DNA from: an uncultured Candidatus Saccharibacteria bacterium
GTDB taxonomy: Bacteria > Patescibacteriota > Saccharimonadia > Saccharimonadales > Saccharimonadaceae
Assembly (NCBI GenBank): GCA_964641025.1
Contig: CAZXJP010000005.1
Span: forward strand, 21,628 to 85,627
Reading direction: 5' to 3'
DNA: 64,000 nucleotides
Part shown: positions 34,593 to 44,191 of the stretch, in pieces
How positions within the stretch are numbered: the stretch's first letter is position 1
Layout: the number at the start of each line of letters is the position of its first letter
Notes under the pieces: model-generated
Databases searched by the model: none
What the model saw: only the letters and a program-made list of their open reading frames with translations
Told to the model about the DNA's origin: nothing
Position numbers and translations under genes: made by a program

Positions 34593-35276
34593 CTACTTGA
34601 TGACTGCTCGTATTAACGTGCGCGTATCGTATAGGTTATCTTTTGGTATCCAGGATCCCGTGATAACAATCAGCCCTAAACCTTCCTTAGTTTCGTCGTA
34701 TGGCGTGAACAACCTCTTTAATCCCGATTGATTGGCTTTTGCGACTGATTCAGTGCTATTCTCGACTACCTCGTACTCAACAGTAGTTCCGTCGCCTCTC
34801 TCTATGGCGATCACATCGCCACTTTTTAGCTTGCCCGCACCGCTGAACACGCCTCCGTTCATAACACCGTCTCCGTAGCCAGTTAGCGTCACAGTGCCGT
34901 ACTCTTGCCCAGGCTCGGCGCTCTCGTCAAACCACGAGGCATCGTAGAGGTTCTTTGGAGCGGCGGGGTCACCTAGTTTTCCTTTACCCATGGCAAAGAC
35001 TCGTACGTTTTCTATGTCTAGCGCAGGTATACTGACGTACCTAGGTTTATTGTCGTCTGTTTTGTGTTGCAGTATTTGTTCACCAGATACGTCTTTGCTG
35101 TCGATACTAGGCTGAAGTATCGTAGCCGGCACGGCGAGCCCTAATGGCGTATAACCCGTGTTGTACCAATAGGCCGCCAGACCACCTAGGCTTACGACGA
35201 ATACGATTCCTAAAAAGAATAGAGAAACAACTTTGAAACTTGGCCCACTTTTTCGTTCGAGTTGTAATCCTGCCAC
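34593..35276 (-). CDS. membrane-anchored sortase-fold protein with substituted catalytic His/Cys
   Basis: TM anchor followed by a class E/F-sortase-like pattern: SIPALDI..V, WFDESAEPGQ, TLTGYGD (Tyr where sortases have His), KLKSGDVIAI, VEYEV, LIVITGSW (Gly where sortases have Cys), RTLIRAV. Confidence 0.45.
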   Translation of the reverse strand: MAGLQLERKSGPSFKVVSLFFLGIVFVVSLGGLAAYWYNTGYTPLGLAVPATILQPSIDSKDVSGEQILQHKTDDNKPRYVSIPALDIENVRVFAMGKGKLGDPAAPKNLYDASWFDESAEPGQEYGTVTLTGYGDGVMNGGVFSGAGKLKSGDVIAIERGDGTTVEYEVVENSTESVAKANQSGLKRLFTPYDETKEGLGLIVITGSWIPKDNLYDTRTLIRAVIK

Positions 35277-35287
35277 CTACAGATTTC

Positions 35288-36700
35288 CTATTTATAATCG
35301 TCGTATGTAACCATGAGCGCGCGTGAATTGATCTGACGCAAGCTCTCAAGCGCCACCGAGACAACAATCAATATACCCGTACCACCAATCGCGAGGTTTT
35401 GGATACCCGTTATACCGGCTTGAGCAAATGCGTACTCCGCGACGAATGGCAGAACTGCTATCAAACCAAGTACTAGTGATCCGAACAAGATAAGTCGGTT
35501 CACCGTGCGTGACAGGTATTTTTCTGTTTGTAGTCCAGGTCGAACACCCTCGATGAATCCACCTTGCTTTTGCAGGTTTTCGGCAATCTCGTTGCTATTG
35601 AATATGATACCCGTATAGAAGTACGTAAACAGGATGACGAGCACGAAGTAGCTAGCCGGGTATATCAACGCCCCGAAAGTGTCACCGGTAAACGCACCCG
35701 GTTGTGGTGCTTGGAACCAAAGTATAAGATTGTTTGCTAGTTCGGCGTAATCTACGTTTCCTGTCGCCTTTAACACCTGTCCAATAAAGGCCGGTAGGCT
35801 AAGGAACGCGACCGCGAAGATCACCGGGATAACACCCGCCGCGATAAGTTTGATTGGCAGTATGCTCTTTACTCCGCCATAGCTACTATTACCCTGCACT
35901 CGTTTCGCATAGTTAACCGTTACCACGCGTTGGGCCTCGTTTATCTTGACTAACAAATACAGCACAACCAACGACGACAGCGTAACCACTAGCGCCACCC
36001 AGAACGCCGTTGGATTCAACGGTAGTTCGAACCAGCCAAATACGCTGAGCATACCCGCGGACGTATCGAACAATGATACGCCTAGGGTTGTTAAGGTAGA
36101 TGGTAACTGGCTGATAATACCGGCAAAGATCAGCATTGATATACCGTTTCCGATACCTTGTTCGGTGATTAACTCACCCATCCACATCAGTAGTATCGCT
36201 CCTGCTGTCATAGCGGTGACCGCTACCACCCATTCCACCGGAGTTGCTCCATCCAGAGCTGTCGTGTTTCCGGCCAACACTGTTTGTCGCAGGATATATA
36301 TGAATGCAATAGACTGAACAATCGCCAGTGGAACTGATATCATTCGAGTCCATTGGTTAATCTTCCGTCGGCCAGATTCGCCGTCTTTGTGCAGTTCCTC
36401 TAGCTTTGGAATGGCCTTGGTCAATAGTTGCGTGATGATACTAGCGGTAATGAACGGGCTAAGTCCAACCAAAACGATAGAAAAGCTGGCTAGCGCACCA
36501 CCGGATAGCAGGTTCAAGAACCCGCCAAAGTCAGTCGAGCTAACAACGCTTTCAATAACCTCTTTTAGCGCAGTAGGTTCTGCTAGTGGCACAGGAATAT
36601 GAGCCAAGAATCGATACGCAACTACGATACCTAAAACAATCGCAAAACGTTTTTGCATTTTACGGTTTTTGAGCGATTTAAAGATTGTCTTCCAATTCAT
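35288..36700 (-). CDS. secY: preprotein translocase subunit SecY
   Basis: 470-aa 10-TM protein with GISMLIFAGI and LLVKINEAQR-type segments. Position follows rplO. Confidence 0.95.
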   Translation of the reverse strand: MNWKTIFKSLKNRKMQKRFAIVLGIVVAYRFLAHIPVPLAEPTALKEVIESVVSSTDFGGFLNLLSGGALASFSIVLVGLSPFITASIITQLLTKAIPKLEELHKDGESGRRKINQWTRMISVPLAIVQSIAFIYILRQTVLAGNTTALDGATPVEWVVAVTAMTAGAILLMWMGELITEQGIGNGISMLIFAGIISQLPSTLTTLGVSLFDTSAGMLSVFGWFELPLNPTAFWVALVVTLSSLVVLYLLVKINEAQRVVTVNYAKRVQGNSSYGGVKSILPIKLIAAGVIPVIFAVAFLSLPAFIGQVLKATGNVDYAELANNLILWFQAPQPGAFTGDTFGALIYPASYFVLVILFTYFYTGIIFNSNEIAENLQKQGGFIEGVRPGLQTEKYLSRTVNRLILFGSLVLGLIAVLPFVAEYAFAQAGITGIQNLAIGGTGILIVVSVALESLRQINSRALMVTYDDYK

Positions 36701-36744
36701 ATGTAATAGGCCTATTCCCTGAAACTAAGTCTGTATTTGTACTA

Positions 36745-36753
36745 ATTATAGCA
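36745..36753 (-). promoter_or_regulatory. extended -10 element (TGCTATAAT) ahead of secY
   Basis: Reverse complement of ATTATAGCA, about 45 nt upstream of the secY ATG and just downstream of a terminator. Confidence 0.4.
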
Positions 36754-36777
36754 GATTAGTAGTGGTATTATCCATAC

Positions 36778-36805
36778 AAAAACCACCCCTGTAAGGATGG
36801 TTTTT
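36778..36805 (-). terminator. rho-independent terminator between rplO and secY
   Basis: On the minus strand: AAAAACCATCC-TTACA-GGGGTGGTTTTT followed by GTATGG. Confidence 0.55.
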
Positions 36806-36821
36806 GATGCAGTCATTTGTG

Positions 36822-37295
36822 CTATTTGTCTGCTTTTTTCTTTGTTGAAGGCTTGATAGGCGTGTCGACTTTTTCGAAAGAACCGCCGGCTTTTTTAACA
36901 GCCTCTTGCACGGATTTACTAGCAGCCTGTACTCGCAGGGTAACTTTTTCTGTTAACTCGCCACGTGCGATAACCTTTACCGTATGGTAAGGTGTCGAAA
37001 CTAGTCCGGCCTCGAACAATGACATGTTGTCAGCCGTTTTACCTTTAAAGGCGTTGAGATGATCTAGGTATACGACTTGCGCAGGTGTGCGAAGCGATTT
37101 AAAGCCACGGGCCTTTGGGATCGCTTGTACTAGAGCTCGCTGTCCTCCCTGGAACATTGCACCTAGTTTTTTACCCGTTCGAGCACCTTGACCTTTGGTA
37201 CCACGACCGGCAGTCTTACCGCCACCGGCAGAGATTCCGCGACCGACGCGTTTCTTGCTTCGGTTAGCCGATACCTGTAGTTCGTTGTACTTCAT
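36822..37295 (-). CDS. rplO: 50S ribosomal protein L15
   Basis: KKRVGRGISAGGGKTAGRGTKGQ. Confidence 0.95.
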   Translation of the reverse strand: MKYNELQVSANRSKKRVGRGISAGGGKTAGRGTKGQGARTGKKLGAMFQGGQRALVQAIPKARGFKSLRTPAQVVYLDHLNAFKGKTADNMSLFEAGLVSTPYHTVKVIARGELTEKVTLRVQAASKSVQEAVKKAGGSFEKVDTPIKPSTKKKADK

Positions 37296-37864
37296 TACTT
37301 AGCCTCCTTCTTTGCAGGCTTTTTTGCGGGCGCATTTAGCCACTGATCCTTGGGCACTAGGCTCTTCAAGGCGTCAATAGTTGCATATGCGATGTTTACC
37401 TTGTTCGTAGATCCTAGAGACTTCGAAAGCATGTTATGTATGCCCGTAACACCGATGACCTGTCGTACGACACCACCGGCGATGACTCCCGTACCAGGAG
37501 CGGCAGGCTTGATAAGTACCTGTGCGCCAGATACTTTAACTTCCGCGTCGTGCGGAATAGTCTCGTTGACGATAGGGACTACTATCAAATTCTTTTTAGC
37601 TACGTCAGTTGCTTTTGACACGGCGGTCTGCACGTCTTGGCCTTTTGATACGCCTACACCAACTTTACCTTTGTTGTTACCGACGACTACCAGTGCTTTA
37701 AATCGGAAACGACGGCCACCTTTTACGACACGTGCCACACGGTCGACATTGATAACAATTTCCTCAAATTCTTTTGGTTCTTGGGGTACGTCACGGCGAT
37801 CACGTCGTGGTGGTCGCGCTGGGCGTGCATCTCGTGGTTTTGTAGCTGCTTGTTGTTCAGCCAT
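37295..37864 (-). CDS. rpsE: 30S ribosomal protein S5 (N-terminal extension)
   Basis: VINVDRVARVVKGGRRFRFKALVVVGN. Confidence 0.95.
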   Translation of the reverse strand: MAEQQAATKPRDARPARPPRRDRRDVPQEPKEFEEIVINVDRVARVVKGGRRFRFKALVVVGNNKGKVGVGVSKGQDVQTAVSKATDVAKKNLIVVPIVNETIPHDAEVKVSGAQVLIKPAAPGTGVIAGGVVRQVIGVTGIHNMLSKSLGSTNKVNIAYATIDALKSLVPKDQWLNAPAKKPAKKEAK

Positions 37865-37866
37865 GA

Positions 37867-38220
37867 TTAGACCTCCAGTCCTTCCTTGCGTGCCGCTTCG
37901 GCCAACGCGCTCAAACGAGCAGCGTATTGTCGACCGTTTCGATCAAACACAACTTTCTTGATTCCTGCTTTTTTGGCTTTTTTAGCGATATCAGTACCGA
38001 CAAATGTAGCTTGTTCGGTCAGAGTGCCGTCTTGCTTGCTACCAACAGTAGTACTAGAAGCTATCGTAGTTGAAGTGTCATCGTTGATGAGCTGTGCGCT
38101 AACGTGGCGGTTACTGATGGATACCGACAGGCGTGGTCGTTTATCCGTACCGCTAACCTTGGCGCGGACTCGGCCTTTTCGCAGGCTTTTATTCAGTAGT
38201 TTTTTTGCTAGGTTACTCAT
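37867..38220 (-). CDS. rplR: 50S ribosomal protein L18
   Basis: RKGRVRAKVSGTDKRPRLSVSISNRHVSAQLIND. Confidence 0.95.
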   Translation of the reverse strand: MSNLAKKLLNKSLRKGRVRAKVSGTDKRPRLSVSISNRHVSAQLINDDTSTTIASSTTVGSKQDGTLTEQATFVGTDIAKKAKKAGIKKVVFDRNGRQYAARLSALAEAARKEGLEV

Positions 38221-38222
38221 GA

Positions 38223-38756
38223 TTATTTACCTGCCTTTCCGGCCTTGCGTAGGATATGTTCACCTACGTATTTAATGCCCTTGCCTTTATATGGTTCCGG
38301 TTTCTTTAGCGCGCGGATTTCCGCGGCAACTTGTCCAACCTTTTGTTTGTCGATGCCACTGACAGTGATTTCCATTTTTTGGTTAGAAACCTGCACACCC
38401 TCTGGTGGAGTGTATTTTACAGGGTGACTAAAACCAACGTGTAGTTCTAGAGCATTTCCGCTCATTCCTACGCGGAAACCAACTCCGTTTACTTCTAGTT
38501 TCTTTTCATAACCCTTGTTAACACCCTCAACGGCATTTGCTAGTAGGGCACGTTGCAGGCCATGCTGGGCCTTTGCCGTACGCTCATCATCTTTACGAGT
38601 GACGATTGCTTGATCTCCTTCGACCTTGACTGTCACGTCGCTCAGATGTGGTACTGTCAGGGTTCCTTTTGAACCTGCAACAGTGATAACATCCGAGTCA
38701 ACCGTGATTGTCACGCCCGATGGAATCTGTATTGGTAGTTTTCCGATTCGACTCAT
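38223..38756 (-). CDS. rplF: 50S ribosomal protein L6
   Basis: MSRIGKLPIQIPSGVTITVD. Confidence 0.95.
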   Translation of the reverse strand: MSRIGKLPIQIPSGVTITVDSDVITVAGSKGTLTVPHLSDVTVKVEGDQAIVTRKDDERTAKAQHGLQRALLANAVEGVNKGYEKKLEVNGVGFRVGMSGNALELHVGFSHPVKYTPPEGVQVSNQKMEITVSGIDKQKVGQVAAEIRALKKPEPYKGKGIKYVGEHILRKAGKAGK

Positions 38757-38773
38757 AATTTATCCTTTTCTTG

Positions 38774-39175
38774 TTAGTAAACCTTCAGTAACAACTCTCC
38801 GCCTAGGCGCTGTTTGACAGCTTCTTGGCCTGTTACCACGCCACGTGACGTGCTCACTAGTACCAAACCTCGGCCTGATTTTACCTTTGGAATTTCATTT
38901 GCTTTTACATATACGCGACGACCAGGCTTGCTCATACGAGTAATCTCGTTGATGTTGCAGTTTTCGCCAGCCTTGTTAATCGTGATAACCAACGTGTCGC
39001 GTGGTTTGCCAGGTTCTACCTTGACATCTGTTAGGTACTTATTGGCTTTTAGCTGTTCCGCGACAACCTTTTTCAGCTTGCTAGAAGGTACTCGCACCTC
39101 TGTTTTGCCAACGGCTGCTGCGTTTCGTATGCGGGTCAGAAGATCCGCGATTGGGTCTGTAGATTGTAGTGACAT
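38774..39175 (-). CDS. rpsH: 30S ribosomal protein S8
   Basis: DPIADLLTRIRNA. Confidence 0.95.
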   Translation of the reverse strand: MSLQSTDPIADLLTRIRNAAAVGKTEVRVPSSKLKKVVAEQLKANKYLTDVKVEPGKPRDTLVITINKAGENCNINEITRMSKPGRRVYVKANEIPKVKSGRGLVLVSTSRGVVTGQEAVKQRLGGELLLKVY

Positions 39176-39192
39176 ATCGTTTCTCTCCTTTC

Positions 39193-39462
39193 CTACCAGC
39201 TACTCTTTGTTATTCCTGGAATGTTACCGCTTGATGCTTCTTCGCGGAAGCGTACACGGCTCATTCCAAATTTGCGCATGTATCCTCGTGGTCGTCCGTC
39301 CAACAGGTCGCGATTTTTCAACCTAGTTGGTGATGAGTTACGTGGAAGTTTCTGTAGGCCGTCTAGGTCGCCGAGTTCTTTTAGTTCGGCTCGCTTTTCA
39401 GCGTATTTGTCATGCATTAGTCGTCGCTTTTTATCGCGAGCTACACTTGATTTCTTTGCCAT
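39193..39462 (-). CDS. rpsN: 30S ribosomal protein S14 (long, Cys-less form)
   Basis: [28 protein letters not shown].... Confidence 0.95.
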   Translation of the reverse strand: MAKKSSVARDKKRRLMHDKYAEKRAELKELGDLDGLQKLPRNSSPTRLKNRDLLDGRPRGYMRKFGMSRVRFREEASSGNIPGITKSSW

Positions 39463-40047
39463 TTAGCGTCGACCTCCTTCTTTTGCGAACGGTAGTCCAA
39501 ATTTTTCTAACAATGATCGACTGTGTTCTGGCTCTTCGCCGTCTATCACGAAAGTTATTTGCATACCGTGGGTTACTTGAGTTTCCTCGAATGTTAGTTC
39601 TGGGAAGATTGATTGTTCAACGATGCCCAAGTTGTAATTACCTGTTTTGTCGAACTTCACGCCCACGCCATGGAAGTCACGAACCCTAGGTAGGGCAACG
39701 TTTACTAATCGATCTAGGAACTCATACATACGATTTCCTCGTAGAGTAACCATGATACCAATCGGCGCGCCCATTCCCGCGCGGATCTTGAAACTGGCGA
39801 TAGATTTCTTGGCTTGTCGTTCTACGGGTGCCTGGCCAGTAACTTTTGTAAGGGTGTTTTTTACGGCTTCTAGGTGCCTTTTGTCATCCTTGCTTTTTCC
39901 AGTTCCGACGCTGACCACAATTTTTTCTAGTTTTGGTACTTGATGTACGTTTTCTAGTTTCAATTCGGCCTGTAGTTCCTTGCGATACGTATCGTTATAC
40001 AAGGCTTTCAAGCGAGGAGCTGGAGACGTGGTTTTTGCTTTTGTCAT
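39463..40047 (-). CDS. rplE: 50S ribosomal protein L5
   Basis: RLKALYNDTYRKEL...VPKLEKIVVSVG. Confidence 0.95.
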   Translation of the reverse strand: MTKAKTTSPAPRLKALYNDTYRKELQAELKLENVHQVPKLEKIVVSVGTGKSKDDKRHLEAVKNTLTKVTGQAPVERQAKKSIASFKIRAGMGAPIGIMVTLRGNRMYEFLDRLVNVALPRVRDFHGVGVKFDKTGNYNLGIVEQSIFPELTFEETQVTHGMQITFVIDGEEPEHSRSLLEKFGLPFAKEGGRR

Positions 40048-40370
40048 TACTTAATCTCCTTTCCTTTTAGCTGACGCGCAGTTCGTACCTTTGCGCCTTC
40101 TGTTGTCTTCTTGTGTCCTATTCGGCTAGTTTTACCGGTCTTTTCATCAACTACCAACGCAACTTTATGAAGTGGGGTTGGAACATGAATATCCTTACTG
40201 CCACCAGTTGGATGTAGTCGTGATGGTTTGAACTTACGGTGTTTTACTCCAAGTCCCTCGACCAATACTGCATTCTTGCCTGGAAGTACGGCTAGAACCT
40301 TACCAGTAACACCTTTGTTCGGGCCACTGATCAGCTTTACTATGTCGTTTTTTACAATTCGATTTGCCAT
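40047..40370 (-). CDS. rplX: 50S ribosomal protein L24
   Basis: KNDIVKLISGPNKGVTGKVLAV. ATG 40370 lies just after the rplN stop. Confidence 0.9.
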   Translation of the reverse strand: MANRIVKNDIVKLISGPNKGVTGKVLAVLPGKNAVLVEGLGVKHRKFKPSRLHPTGGSKDIHVPTPLHKVALVVDEKTGKTSRIGHKKTTEGAKVRTARQLKGKEIK

Positions 40371-40371
40371 A

Positions 40372-40740
40372 TTATAGTACCTCCGGTGCAAGGCTTATGA
40401 TTTTCGCATAACCCATATCACGTAGCTCGCGTGGCACTGGGCCAAACACACGAGTAGCTCGTGGCGCTTTGTCGTCACCGATGATTACGGCCGCATTGTC
40501 ATCGAAACAGATGGTACTGCCGTCACGTCGTTTGATTTGATCGCGTGTCCGTACGACGACGGCTTTTACTACTGACTTCTTTTTTACTTGACCAGTAGGA
40601 TTGGCGTCTTTGACGCTGGCAACTATGATGTCACCAACTCGCGCATACCGACGACGCGTACCGCCTAGCACGCGGATACAGAGGATTTCCTTTGCACCAC
40701 TGTTGTCGGTGACCTTTAGTCTAGATTGCTGTTGAATCAT
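40372..40740 (-). CDS. rplN: 50S ribosomal protein L14
   Basis: [18 protein letters not shown]. Confidence 0.95.
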   Translation of the reverse strand: MIQQQSRLKVTDNSGAKEILCIRVLGGTRRRYARVGDIIVASVKDANPTGQVKKKSVVKAVVVRTRDQIKRRDGSTICFDDNAAVIIGDDKAPRATRVFGPVPRELRDMGYAKIISLAPEVL

Positions 40741-40742
40741 AG

Positions 40743-41078
40743 TTAAGCCTCCGCCTCTTCTTTAGCGGCTTCTTTCTCTTCGCGAGCCTTCGTAGCTTCC
40801 TCTACGGGCACTACTTCGTCTTTCAATTCGATACTACCCTTAGACTTCTCTTCGATGAGGTCCAACTGGAAGCTTTTTGTCTTGCTGACCGGACGAATAC
40901 TCTTGATTCGTACCTTGTCGCCTACTTGAGCTTCGTTTTTTGGATCATGCGCCTGGTATTTTCGGCTAATCGTGTACTGCTTGCCGTATAGGGGATGAGT
41001 CTCACGAGTTGTTACGGTAACCGTGATTGACTTATCACGAGAATCGGACGTAACGATGCCTACTAGATATTTAGTCAT
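40743..41078 (-). CDS. rpsQ: 30S ribosomal protein S17 (acidic C-terminal tail)
   Basis: [18 protein letters not shown]...HPLYGK. Confidence 0.95.
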   Translation of the reverse strand: MTKYLVGIVTSDSRDKSITVTVTTRETHPLYGKQYTISRKYQAHDPKNEAQVGDKVRIKSIRPVSKTKSFQLDLIEEKSKGSIELKDEVVPVEEATKAREEKEAAKEEAEA

Positions 41079-41305
41079 TACTTATCTCCTTTCAGTTCAT
41101 CTGCGCGAATCGCGGTTTTTAGGCGAGCGATTTCGCGTCGGCCAAGTGTCAGCGCACGTGGATTTACTAGTTCGCCTGCACGATGTGACCTGCGAGTTTC
41201 TAGCATCTCTTGTTGTTTATCGGCGAGAGCTTTTTTCATCTCTTCTACCGTTTTTGGCACGACTGCCTCTTTAGCCTTTTTGGGGGTTGCTTTAGCTTTT
41301 GCCAT
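41078..41305 (-). CDS. rpmC: 50S ribosomal protein L29
   Basis: Size and position match, plus RRSHRAGELVNPRAL..RREIARL. Confidence 0.9.
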   Translation of the reverse strand: MAKAKATPKKAKEAVVPKTVEEMKKALADKQQEMLETRRSHRAGELVNPRALTLGRREIARLKTAIRADELKGDK

Positions 41306-41306
41306 G

Positions 41307-41720
41307 TTAACCTTCCTCCCTCTTTACGAAACGAGTTTTGACAGGAAGTTTGTGGCTCGCTAGGCGCATAGCCTCGCGTGCTACCTCTTCGTCAACGCCC
41401 TTCATTTCGAACATTACTGTTCCAGCCTTTACTTTCGCTGCGAAGAATTCAGGATTTCCCTTACCGCTACCCATCTTTACGTCTTGGGGTTTGCGAGTAC
41501 GAGGGGTATGAGGAAAGATTCGAATCCAAATCTTGCCACCGCGTTTGATGTATCGGGTCATGGCCTGACGAGCAGACTCGATCTGGCGGGAAGTAACATC
41601 GTTGTTGCCCAAGGCTTGTAGACCGTAATCGCCAAATGCGATGTAGTGACCGCTAGTCGCAACGCCTTTGTTCTTGCCTTTTCGGACTTTTCGATACTTT
41701 GTCTTTTTAGGTAACAGCAT
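41307..41720 (-). CDS. rplP: 50S ribosomal protein L16
   Basis: [16 protein letters not shown]. Confidence 0.95.
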   Translation of the reverse strand: MLLPKKTKYRKVRKGKNKGVATSGHYIAFGDYGLQALGNNDVTSRQIESARQAMTRYIKRGGKIWIRIFPHTPRTRKPQDVKMGSGKGNPEFFAAKVKAGTVMFEMKGVDEEVAREAMRLASHKLPVKTRFVKREEG

Positions 41721-41722
41721 AT

Positions 41723-42358
41723 CTACTCGCTCCTCTCACCTTTGTAAATCCACACCTTGACACCAACGATACCAACGCCGGGGCAGTTAGCACGTGCCAC
41801 GTGAAAGTCTACATCCGCGCGAAGTGTATGTAGAGGCACGGAACCTTCGATAATCTTTTCGCGTCGAGCCATTTCAGCGTTATTCAATCGTCCAGCTACC
41901 TCGATACGAATACCTTTGGCACCTGCGTTCATAGTGTTTTGAGCTGACATCTTTGTCGCGCGTCGGAAGTTGATTCGTCGTTCCAACTGGCGAGCGATGT
42001 TTTCAGCCACTAGTTTTGCGTCTAGTTCTGGTCGTTTTACCTCTTCGATATTGATTCGAACAGGCAAGCTAGCGATTTTCTCAATCTCTACCTTTAGTTC
42101 TGCTACGCCTGAACCGCCTCGACCGATTACGACACCTGCTTTCGCAGTGTGAATAGTAACGGTGATTAGGTTTGCGGATCGCTCAATTTCTATCCGGCTG
42201 ATTGTTGGACGACTAGCGAATTTAGCTTCGACATGTCGACGAATAGCCGCGTCTTCGTTTAGCCATTTTGCAAAATCTTTTTTACCAGCAAACCAACGCG
42301 AATTCCAGTTCTTGTGGACCTGCAGGCGAAAACTTAGTGGGTTAACTTTTTGTCCCAT
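41723..42358 (-). CDS. rpsC: 30S ribosomal protein S3
   Basis: [12 protein letters not shown]. Confidence 0.95.
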   Translation of the reverse strand: MGQKVNPLSFRLQVHKNWNSRWFAGKKDFAKWLNEDAAIRRHVEAKFASRPTISRIEIERSANLITVTIHTAKAGVVIGRGGSGVAELKVEIEKIASLPVRINIEEVKRPELDAKLVAENIARQLERRINFRRATKMSAQNTMNAGAKGIRIEVAGRLNNAEMARREKIIEGSVPLHTLRADVDFHVARANCPGVGIVGVKVWIYKGERSE

Positions 42359-42762
42359 TATTTCTTCTCCTCTTTCTTCTCGTCGGCCATTTTAGCAACC
42401 GGCTTCTTTTTAGGTTTCTCGGTTCCAGATACTTCGACTAGGATATGGCTGGATTTCTTTTCGAATGGTAGGGCGCGTCCTCGGCTCGCTGGTTTGTAGC
42501 GTCGCATTCGTGGCCCGGTAGTCACGTTTATAGTCGTGATTACAAGGCTTTTGCTATCTAGTCCGTGATTGTTCACGGCGTTAGCCTGTGCACTCTCGAT
42601 TACTTTCTTTACAGGAGTTGCCGCTCGGCGTGGTACGTGCTCTAGGATCACTAGCGCGTCAGCAACTGTACGATTACGTACGAGTGCTGCAACTATACCG
42701 ACCTTACGTGGGGTCTGGTCTACGCCTTTGGCAATCGCCTTTACTTTCAACATATCAGCCAT
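42358..42762 (-). CDS. rplV: 50S ribosomal protein L22 (Lys-rich C-terminal tail)
   Basis: QTPRKVGIVAALVRNRTVADAL. Confidence 0.95.
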   Translation of the reverse strand: MADMLKVKAIAKGVDQTPRKVGIVAALVRNRTVADALVILEHVPRRAATPVKKVIESAQANAVNNHGLDSKSLVITTINVTTGPRMRRYKPASRGRALPFEKKSSHILVEVSGTEKPKKKPVAKMADEKKEEKK

Positions 42763-42763
42763 A

Positions 42764-43027
42764 TTACTTCTCCCTGCCTCCGTGTTTGCGGAACTTTCGA
42801 GTTGGCGAAAATTCGCCTAGTTTATGACCAACCATGTTCTCGGTGATAACAACCGGTACGTGTACTCGGCCGTTATATATAGCTATCGTGCGTCCGACCA
42901 TTTCTGGCGTGATAGTGCTCGCACGAGCCCATGTCTTTATAACAGTTCGATCCTCGAGACCTAGAGCAGCGACCTTCTTCGCCAGCTTGGCATCGACAAA
43001 TGGACCTTTTTTCAGTGATCGACTCAT
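42764..43027 (-). CDS. rpsS: 30S ribosomal protein S19
   Basis: [12 protein letters not shown] ... [11 protein letters not shown]. Confidence 0.95.
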   Translation of the reverse strand: MSRSLKKGPFVDAKLAKKVAALGLEDRTVIKTWARASTITPEMVGRTIAIYNGRVHVPVVITENMVGHKLGEFSPTRKFRKHGGREK

Positions 43028-43030
43028 GTC

Positions 43031-43870
43031 TTACCTCTTCCTCTTCGCCTCGTGGCGAGTTCTTACTATTAGACCAGCAGTGTCTTTGCGTCGGCGAGTT
43101 CGATAACCCAGAGTCAGTTTGCCCCATGGTGTCTTTGGAGTTCGTCCTACACCGTGAGATCCACCGTCACCACCACCATGTGGGTGATCTACCGCGTTCA
43201 TTACTACACCACGAACGGATGGGCGAATACCCTTGCGTCGCTTTCGGCCAGCGTTTCCAACCTTGATGTTCTGGTGTTGTACGTTGCCAACAACACCGAT
43301 GGCAGCTGTTGCCTCTAGGCGTACTCTTCGTACTTCGCCAGATGGTAGGCGCACTTGAGCGTGATCGCCTTCTTTGGCCATCAACTGTGCGCGAGCACCA
43401 GCAGCACGAACCATCTGCGCGCCTTTGCCGGCAGTCAGTTCGATAGCATATATCTGGCTACCAACTGGGATTTGACTCAGCGGTAGGCGATTTGATGTTT
43501 CGATAGGAGCTTTTTCGCCACTTTCGATTACTTTGCCTTGCTTCATGCTAGTATCCGCAATCACGTAGTGATATAGGCCATTTTGGTCTTTGATACGAGC
43601 AATACGCGCACTACGATTCGGATCGTACTCAATGTGCTCGATAGTTGCTTTCGTACCTGCAGGCAAGTTGTGATTTACCAATCGGTAATGTCGTTTCACG
43701 CCACCACCGCGGTGTCGAACGGTAATTCGACCGGTGTTGTTGCGTCCAGCTTGCTGCTTTTTGCTCTTTGTCAGGCTCTTTACAGGCTTTTTAGTCGTAA
43801 TAGCGCTGAGGTCCTGCGTGGTCATGCCACGACGGGATGGAGTTGTCGGTTTGTATGCTTTGATTGCCAT
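43031..43870 (-). CDS. rplB: 50S ribosomal protein L2
   Basis: RHRGGGVKRHYR ... VMNAVDHPHGGG. Confidence 0.95.
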   Translation of the reverse strand: MAIKAYKPTTPSRRGMTTQDLSAITTKKPVKSLTKSKKQQAGRNNTGRITVRHRGGGVKRHYRLVNHNLPAGTKATIEHIEYDPNRSARIARIKDQNGLYHYVIADTSMKQGKVIESGEKAPIETSNRLPLSQIPVGSQIYAIELTAGKGAQMVRAAGARAQLMAKEGDHAQVRLPSGEVRRVRLEATAAIGVVGNVQHQNIKVGNAGRKRRKGIRPSVRGVVMNAVDHPHGGGDGGSHGVGRTPKTPWGKLTLGYRTRRRKDTAGLIVRTRHEAKRKR

Positions 43871-44190
43871 TACTTCTTCTCCTCCATCTGTTGTTCTTGT
43901 TCAGCAAAGACTTGAATGCTATCGCCTTTCGCTAACGTGACGTATGCCTTTTTGCTGTCTTTGCGGTTAGTCGTACCTGGGTAGCGTTTTGGACCGCGGT
44001 TGTAACGAACAGCTTTGCCGTTTTGTACGACAGTCTTTACGCGAGTTACCTTGACGTCATATTGCTTTTCGACACTTTCTACGATGTCGTTCTTGGTTGC
44101 ATCAATAGGGACATTAAATACATATACGCCGTTCTGTGATTGTGCATAGGCTTTTTCTGTTTCTCGGGGGTATACAAATACGTTTGCCAT
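43870..44190 (-). CDS. rplW: 50S ribosomal protein L23
   Basis: Size and position match, plus TEKAY...VFNVPIDATKNDI. Confidence 0.9.
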   Translation of the reverse strand: MANVFVYPRETEKAYAQSQNGVYVFNVPIDATKNDIVESVEKQYDVKVTRVKTVVQNGKAVRYNRGPKRYPGTTNRKDSKKAYVTLAKGDSIQVFAEQEQQMEEKK

Positions 44191-44191
44191 A

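Noticed and set aside
37350-39326. Long antisense ORFs inside the ribosomal protein genes (for example 37350-37961, 37886-38275, 38814-39326, 39327-39689, 43583-43915, 44541-44855)
   Set aside because: They lie opposite strongly recognisable r-protein genes. Their composition is low-complexity and Ser/Arg/Thr-rich, and they have no start context. They are shadow ORFs of the real genes.
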